From positions 2,790,001-2,854,000 of the forward strand of contig OZ374559.1 in assembly GCA_977862235.1 (NCBI GenBank): a stretch of 64,000 nt of DNA, written 5' to 3'. The position numbers and the translations under genes are program-made. The DNA comes from Dudresnaya verticillata (lineage: Eukaryota). Positions 58,194 through 64,000 of the stretch are shown here, one piece after another; within the stretch, counting starts at the first letter, position 1; every line of letters starts with the position of its first letter. Under the pieces are notes generated by a model. The model saw only the letters and a program-made list of their open reading frames with translations, did not search any database and had not been told where the DNA came from.

Positions 58194-59979
58194 ATTTATC
58201 ATCCTACAACCAGCTCAGTGTATACATCACTGGCTGTGGGGGGCTGTTATCCCGCTGTGGCACACAGCGGGCACTGTAGTTGACGCAGACAACGTTAGAT
58301 GGCAGCCAGATCATCTGGTATGATAGCAAACCCGTCAGTCAAGATAGGACGCATGATTTGGCGCAATTATGCGACAATAATCGCGGGAAGCTGTTTGCAC
58401 GCCAGCGCGGCGCGGGCGAGGGCCGACGGCGGGTTCGAGCGGCTCCCGCCTTGACAGAAGGCCTACATAAACCTGCTCCACTCCAGTCGAGGAGTGGGGG
58501 CAACCAGCACGGTGCCCACCAGACTTGCCAGCGCCCGAGCGCCTCCTCCCAGATCCCTACAGTGCCAACCGGGCTCCGGTCGCCACAGGGCACGCACGCG
58601 ATCGCCGCGCCGCACAGTACCCATCAGGCACCTGTCCTGCATCTGAAAAGCTTGTCCTTTGGGCTCACCTTACATTTTTAGTTGTTCAATGCGTGGCGAA
58701 TAGTGTTAACCGTGGCACTCTTTTGCCTCCCCTTCTGAGCAATCCTGTTGAAGCCCCGGATATCTTTTTTTGCTTGACGTTGCGTAAAGGTCCGTATCAT
58801 CATCATTCGTCTAACCGTTTCGAGGCTTCACCTCCGGATACGGAGGTGCTGGAAGAACACTGACTGTAAACATGATTGCTATGTTGCCTTCAGCACTCCT
58901 GCGTACTGCCACGCTGCCGAGCTTAAAGGTTGAGCTCAGCATATCATCCATACGGTCAGATTTGTTGAGGAGAAAGTTGAAAATAGCTTTGGAAAGGTTG
59001 CTCGGCTCGCATCTGCGAGACATATTAGATGGGAAGAAGAACATGGAGCTCATAATGTATGTTAGGGAATGCTTAGTAACATAGAACAGTCCTGATGCAT
59101 GGAAATGGTGATGTAGAGCTTACCCAGGTTGAAAGAGTACAATACTGCCACAATATTTCACAGCCAGAGGTAAAAGGGCCTCTTGTGTGTTCCTCTCGGC
59201 GTTTCGCAAGAACCTTGTGCAGTTCTCATATGTCCTGGAGTACAGGGAAGCGTCCCAAAGAAGCGGAGCTAATGAAGTTTTTGTAGTCCGGTACGTGTTA
59301 ATGAACTGAAATACCGCCATTGCGACCGCCAAGAGGTCCGTGTTTGGTTTCGGCTCAGAAAGCCGCAAACGCTTTCTGCTCCACTTGCTTGCGGCCTCGT
59401 TCTTCCGGATGGGCATCTCGATCTCGCTTTCTGCATTCTCCTGGCATTGGCATTTTGGAGTTGGCAACCACAAGATTTCTGGCAGTGCTCTGGGAAAAGG
59501 CGTGGATTCTGTATGGGGTAGAGTCGATCGACAACGTTGAAGAAAATCCGAGTGCGGAGTATCAAGAGGAGTGACCTGTTATACCAAAAATGTGTACGTT
59601 CTCACCCTCAGAACTCTTCCGCCTTTTTCCACATGTAGTCTGTGTACGCAGCCCTCATATGTTAGGACATTTCTGGACATGTGATAATGTACTTGTTCAA
59701 ATGAATATATCTACAATTGAATATGTTCAAGTGACTAAAATGGGATAATTCTTCCCTATTGTTGTTTGCGCTGTTCGAAGTCGCAAAAACATTCGCGTTG
59801 GGCAGCAGCGTCGGTCAATAGCTATTTATTATTTAAGCGGTAGGGAAATCCAAATAGTTCGGAATCACTCTCCCCATCTCGCATTGCAACCTTGTCTCAC
59901 CGTCTCTCCTGCTATCATCGTACTGCGCTAGCGAGTTACCAACGCGTCGAAGAATTCCCTCTACGAACAGCAAAACAAA

Positions 59980-61005
59980 ATGGGTACCAGCAGTCTTCCA
60001 AACTCATTACGCGATGCTGGGCCGTCTGCCCTTCAGAACATAGAAAAATCGATGGGACGGCATGATGCAATCGAACAAACACTTGCGGGCTGTCAACGCC
60101 CTGCCCAAAATGAAGACAAACGGGTGACGACTCCTGGCATACAAATCTCAGATGCATCTCATGCTCTTCCGACGAAGAATTGCACAGGGACCACGCAAGA
60201 CTGCCAACAAACTGTGACGGAGGCAAAAGAAGTTCAGCAACAAGTTTACGTTTCTGAGGATGTTCGATTAGAAGGACCGCGAAACGAACTTCCTAATATC
60301 TTGCTGTGGATGAAAGACTCAGAACAAGATCGCGAGCATATTTTTGATGCAGTGCAGAAAGACCTGATGGACTGGCCTAAAGTAACAGGATATGGGCTCC
60401 AAGTTGATGCTGTTCGGATGTCCCTCGGCACAGATGCGGCACTCGTCTTTCGAAATTCGGTTCGCCTTTTTCTGCTATCAAGCCCCATTGGACACAACTT
60501 TGGAGACATCGAATCCCTTCTTCAGGCCGAAGAAGGCATTGCAGATCTCCTTGAAGCTCATCGGACAGGCAACATAGATAGCCCTGGATTCGCAGAGTTG
60601 CTAATCGTGTTCGCAGAAATGAACACAGTACTATTTTGTTTACGTAACCGGGCACAAGAACGGGCCGAGAACGGCTGCGGAGCAGAGGCAGATCGGGGTC
60701 ACTGGATTACTCTGCGATTGAACAAGAACCTGGTGCCGAATATTGAAGAGATCGTTCACGTTTGCCTTCGCAAAGCTCAAAGCATCTTGTATTTTTCCTA
60801 CGCGACCAGCTGGAATACAATGAATGGTGAGCGGATGAGCGAAGTGTCTTCTATGCTTGGTGATTTTCTGGTTTGCTTCAAAAGTTATGCAGCTGCCGCT
60901 CAACATTACATGTACGCACTGGGCTTCGCGACGCAGGAGTCCGATCGAAAAATAATTTCTTCAAAACTCCGGGAGGTTAGAAAAGCGCTGCAGAAGTCAG
61001 CGTAA
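59980..61005 (+). CDS. Hypothetical 341-aa protein, possible C-terminal TPR-like helices (copy A)
   Basis: Intact ATG ORF; LGDFLVCFKSYAAAAQHYMYAL resembles a TPR. Confidence 0.75.
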   Translation: MGTSSLPNSLRDAGPSALQNIEKSMGRHDAIEQTLAGCQRPAQNEDKRVTTPGIQISDASHALPTKNCTGTTQDCQQTVTEAKEVQQQVYVSEDVRLEGPRNELPNILLWMKDSEQDREHIFDAVQKDLMDWPKVTGYGLQVDAVRMSLGTDAALVFRNSVRLFLLSSPIGHNFGDIESLLQAEEGIADLLEAHRTGNIDSPGFAELLIVFAEMNTVLFCLRNRAQERAENGCGAEADRGHWITLRLNKNLVPNIEEIVHVCLRKAQSILYFSYATSWNTMNGERMSEVSSMLGDFLVCFKSYAAAAQHYMYALGFATQESDRKIISSKLREVRKALQKSA

Positions 61006-61606
61006 TGTTAGTATCGATTTCTAAATAAGATCCATCAACTGTGGTTATTATAGTCTAATGCTTTTTGTAGATACCTACGGAAGGTAGGATCTTAAGTAGG
61101 GAGCATCACAGCACTACACCAAGCAAAGCCACAAGAAAGCGGCAATACCGTAGTGGTTTCTTTTTGATTGGTTCGCCATGGAGGTAGTGGGATCGAGCCC
61201 CACGGGTGCGTGCGCTTTCGAAGCTGGAGAGTAGTCTACATTTTGCAGATTGGAAAAGCAAGCAAAACAATCGTGGGCGTCACATCTTGTGTATCATGGT
61301 ATATCTTGCGGCTCGGTAGCATAATAAAGTTGAGCTATCTCTACAGAACTATCGAAGCAGTAAAGAAGGTCTTCTTCTTATACGACTTGTTAACGGTGTT
61401 ATGTGTGAGCTGTCCTTATCAGAAGTACACTCACTGCAAACATGGCTGTGCTGTTGAGTAGCAACTGTAACTCATGTATAACTTGTAACAAATGCGTACT
61501 GGTATCTACGTGATACAAGACAACCATAAAACTCTAACAAGTACCATGAGGCCATATTGCCTTGCTGCAGTTATATTACATATATAAATATATATATATA
61601 TATGTA

Positions 61607-62586
61607 CTCGGTTTGGATTATCTAGCGATTCTCACTTTTCAACTCTCCTCTCTCGCACCCGAAAGCGAGGTTACATCCCTCACTTGCAAGAAGAACTCTC
61701 TGCGAAGGTTCACTCTCGTTTGGTGGATAATTACTGGCCCTCGATCCGTTCGACTGACAGAGAAGATCGTGTGAAAAGGGCCCGACTTCTCTCCTTTGGT
61801 AGTTTGGAATCTCGAATGGCCTTTACCGCATTCCCCGATCCACGCCGAGGCACCTCTGTGTCACCTGCTATATGGGCTACCATGATCGACTTGCGTTTGG
61901 GCGCACCTGTATTTGCGCCAGATCTCCCTTGTTCTGCCTGTCTCTCCGTTTCTGGTCGCGTGGTTTCCCTTGACCGTTTGGGGTATCATGCTTCGACATG
62001 TCCCTGTGCCCATGGGTCCACTCTTCGTCACAATTCTATTAGGGATCTCCTTTTTTCTCGTCTCCGTCACCCGTCTATCGGGCTTTCTGTCGCGAGAGAG
62101 CAGTCCTTTCATCTACAGGACGATCTTCGACGATTGGACTTGGTGTTGGATGATCCCGCCTTTTCTGATTCATGCATTGGTTATGACCTTACTATTGTGG
62201 CTCCCTCTAGTGCTCGCGCTGTGTCCAAGGCATCTGAAATTCCTGCAGGGGCCGCCCAAGTCGCTGAACGGGACAAGCATCGCAAGTACCGCACTGCTTG
62301 TGCAGCACATTGTATTGCGTTTCAGCCGCTGGGATTCGACGTTCACGGGGGCATTGGCCCCGAATGCCGTAGCGCACTTCAAAAGCTCGCTGCTTTCCTG
62401 GCCACGCGCCGGGGAACAAATCCTACTACTGAATACCATTCGTTAGTTTCACCACTGGTTTCCCGCATTCTCCAGCTCACCGCCCTCGCCGTGAACCGTC
62501 GCCGTCCCGTTAGTCCAGGCCTTCCAGTAGTCATCAGCGGCTAAGCCATTAGGGTTTCCGCTGTTCGTCTTGCTTCAATAAAGCCG

Positions 62587-62623
<37 letters not shown>
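61607..62623 (+). mobile_element. 5'-truncated RLE-type LINE with (TGA)n tail and TSD
   Basis: ORF 61684-62544 with LRLGAP, CSAC...HASTC, RHNSIRD, RLDL, YDLTIV, ERDKHRKY; AATAAA then a long (TGA)n tail; flanks GTTATATTA...TATATATGTA on both sides. Confidence 0.9.
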
Positions 62624-62624
<1 letters not shown>

Positions 62625-63029
62625 TTATATTATATATATATGTATAGAAAGCTGATGAGTAATACCAAAAGCTCTTGGTACCAGCCATAAGACCACAACC
62701 TCTAACTGTAGTGATACGCGCGGGCACAGAAGTCATGAATTTCCTATCTTATCGCCGAAGTGCGATAGAAAGGCGCCATTGCCCTTGCTCTGGATTGCCG
62801 TCCAATGTATGCGAACCTTAATCTGCAAAAAGTATTAAACGTTTAATACCACTATCGGCGGGCTTTACTTCGATCCAAATCTACAGCGAAGACGGCGCAG
62901 CACCGGTTATCGAGTTTGGAATCTCCCAGTACTTATTTTGTTTTGCCTGCCTTCCTACTCTGCAAAAGGACCAGACTTTAATAACCTAAAATACACTTGA
63001 TGTATTTTATTTAGAAATCGATACTAACA

Positions 63030-64000
63030 TTACGCTGACTTCTGCAGCGCTTTTCTAACCTCCCGGAGTTTTGAAGAAATTATTTTTCGATCGGACTCCT
63101 GCGTCGCGAAGCCCAGTGCGTACATGTAATGTTGAGCGGCAGCTGCATAACTTTTGAAGCAAACCAGAAAATCACCAAGCATAGAAGACACTTCGCTCAT
63201 CCGCTCACCATTCATTGTATTCCAGCTGGTCGCGTAGGAAAAATACAAGATGCTTTGAGCTTTGCGAAGGCAAACGTGAACGATCTCTTCAATATTCGGC
63301 ACCAGGTTCTTGTTCAATCGCAGAGTAATCCAGTGACCCCGATCTGCCTCTGCTCCGCAGCCGTTCTCGGCCCGTTCTTGTGCCCGGTTACGTAAACAAA
63401 ATAGTACTGTGTTCATTTCTGCGAACACGATTAGCAACTCTGCGAATCCAGGGCTATCTATGTTGCCTGTCCGATGAGCTTCAAGGAGATCTGCAATGCC
63501 TTCTTCGGCCTGAAGAAGGGATTCGATGTCTCCAAAGTTGTGTCCAATGGGGCTTGATAGCAGAAAAAGGCGAACCGAATTTCGAAAGACGAGTGCCGCA
63601 TCTGTGCCGAGGGACATCCGAACAGCATCAACTTGGAGCCCATATCCTGTTACTTTAGGCCAGTCCATCAGGTCTTTCTGCACTGCATCAAAAATATGCT
63701 CGCGATCTTGTTCTGAGTCTTTCATCCACAGCAAGATATTAGGAAGTTCGTTTCGCGGTCCTTCTAATCGAACATCCTCAGAAACGTAAACTTGTTGCTG
63801 AACTTCTTTTGCCTCCGTCACAGTTTGTTGGCAGTCTTGCGTGGTCCCTGTGCAATTCTTCGTCGGAAGAGCATGAGATGCATCTGAGATTTGTATGCCA
63901 GGAGTCGTCACCCGTTTGTCTTCATTTTGGGCAGGGCGTTGACAGCCCGCAAGTGTTTGTTCGATTGCATCATGCCGTCCCATCGATTTTTCTATGTTCT
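63030..64000 (-). CDS. Inverted identical copy of the 341-aa gene (copy B, 5' end outside the window)
   Basis: 63007-64000 is the reverse complement of 60035-61028; translations are identical over the visible part. Confidence 0.8.
   Translation of the reverse strand, partial: NIEKSMGRHDAIEQTLAGCQRPAQNEDKRVTTPGIQISDASHALPTKNCTGTTQDCQQTVTEAKEVQQQVYVSEDVRLEGPRNELPNILLWMKDSEQDREHIFDAVQKDLMDWPKVTGYGLQVDAVRMSLGTDAALVFRNSVRLFLLSSPIGHNFGDIESLLQAEEGIADLLEAHRTGNIDSPGFAELLIVFAEMNTVLFCLRNRAQERAENGCGAEADRGHWITLRLNKNLVPNIEEIVHVCLRKAQSILYFSYATSWNTMNGERMSEVSSMLGDFLVCFKSYAAAAQHYMYALGFATQESDRKIISSKLREVRKALQKSA

Larger units (their letters stand above)
53170..58626 (+). mobile_element. Full-length Ty3/Gypsy chromodomain LTR retrotransposon (disabled)
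   Basis: 382-bp TG...CA LTRs at 53170-53551 and 58245-58626 (1 difference seen, 53259/58334); 5-bp TSD GGCAC; G-rich polypurine tract before the 3' LTR; PR-RT-RH-INT-chromodomain order. Confidence 0.95.

Overview
Eukaryotic, intron-poor, transposon-dense window. The mix of elements and orphan ORFs suggests a multicellular red alga (Gracilaria/Chondrus-like), but that is inference only. From left to right: a decayed Ulp1/C48 protease, a 32-bp LINE micro-insertion with a 10-bp target-site duplication (TSD) and an NDUFAF7-like pseudogene; a ~20-kb block of orphan ORFs with a broken CMC/EnSpm(Plavaka)-like transposase and a broken MULE/NOF-like transposase, punctuated by long palindromes; an internally deleted Copia element; a near-identical head-to-tail pair of intact tyrosine-recombinase (DIRS-order) retrotransposons with an atypical layout (three 344-bp direct repeats, a unique 170-bp tail, a flanking 12-bp duplication); an intact actinobacterial-type GH18 chitinase gene; fragments of restriction-like-endonuclease (RLE) LINEs, several with (TGA)n tails; a complete but disabled chromodomain Gypsy element; and an inverted gene pair that looks homogenised by gene conversion. 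All family calls come from motif recognition by eye, with no database searches.
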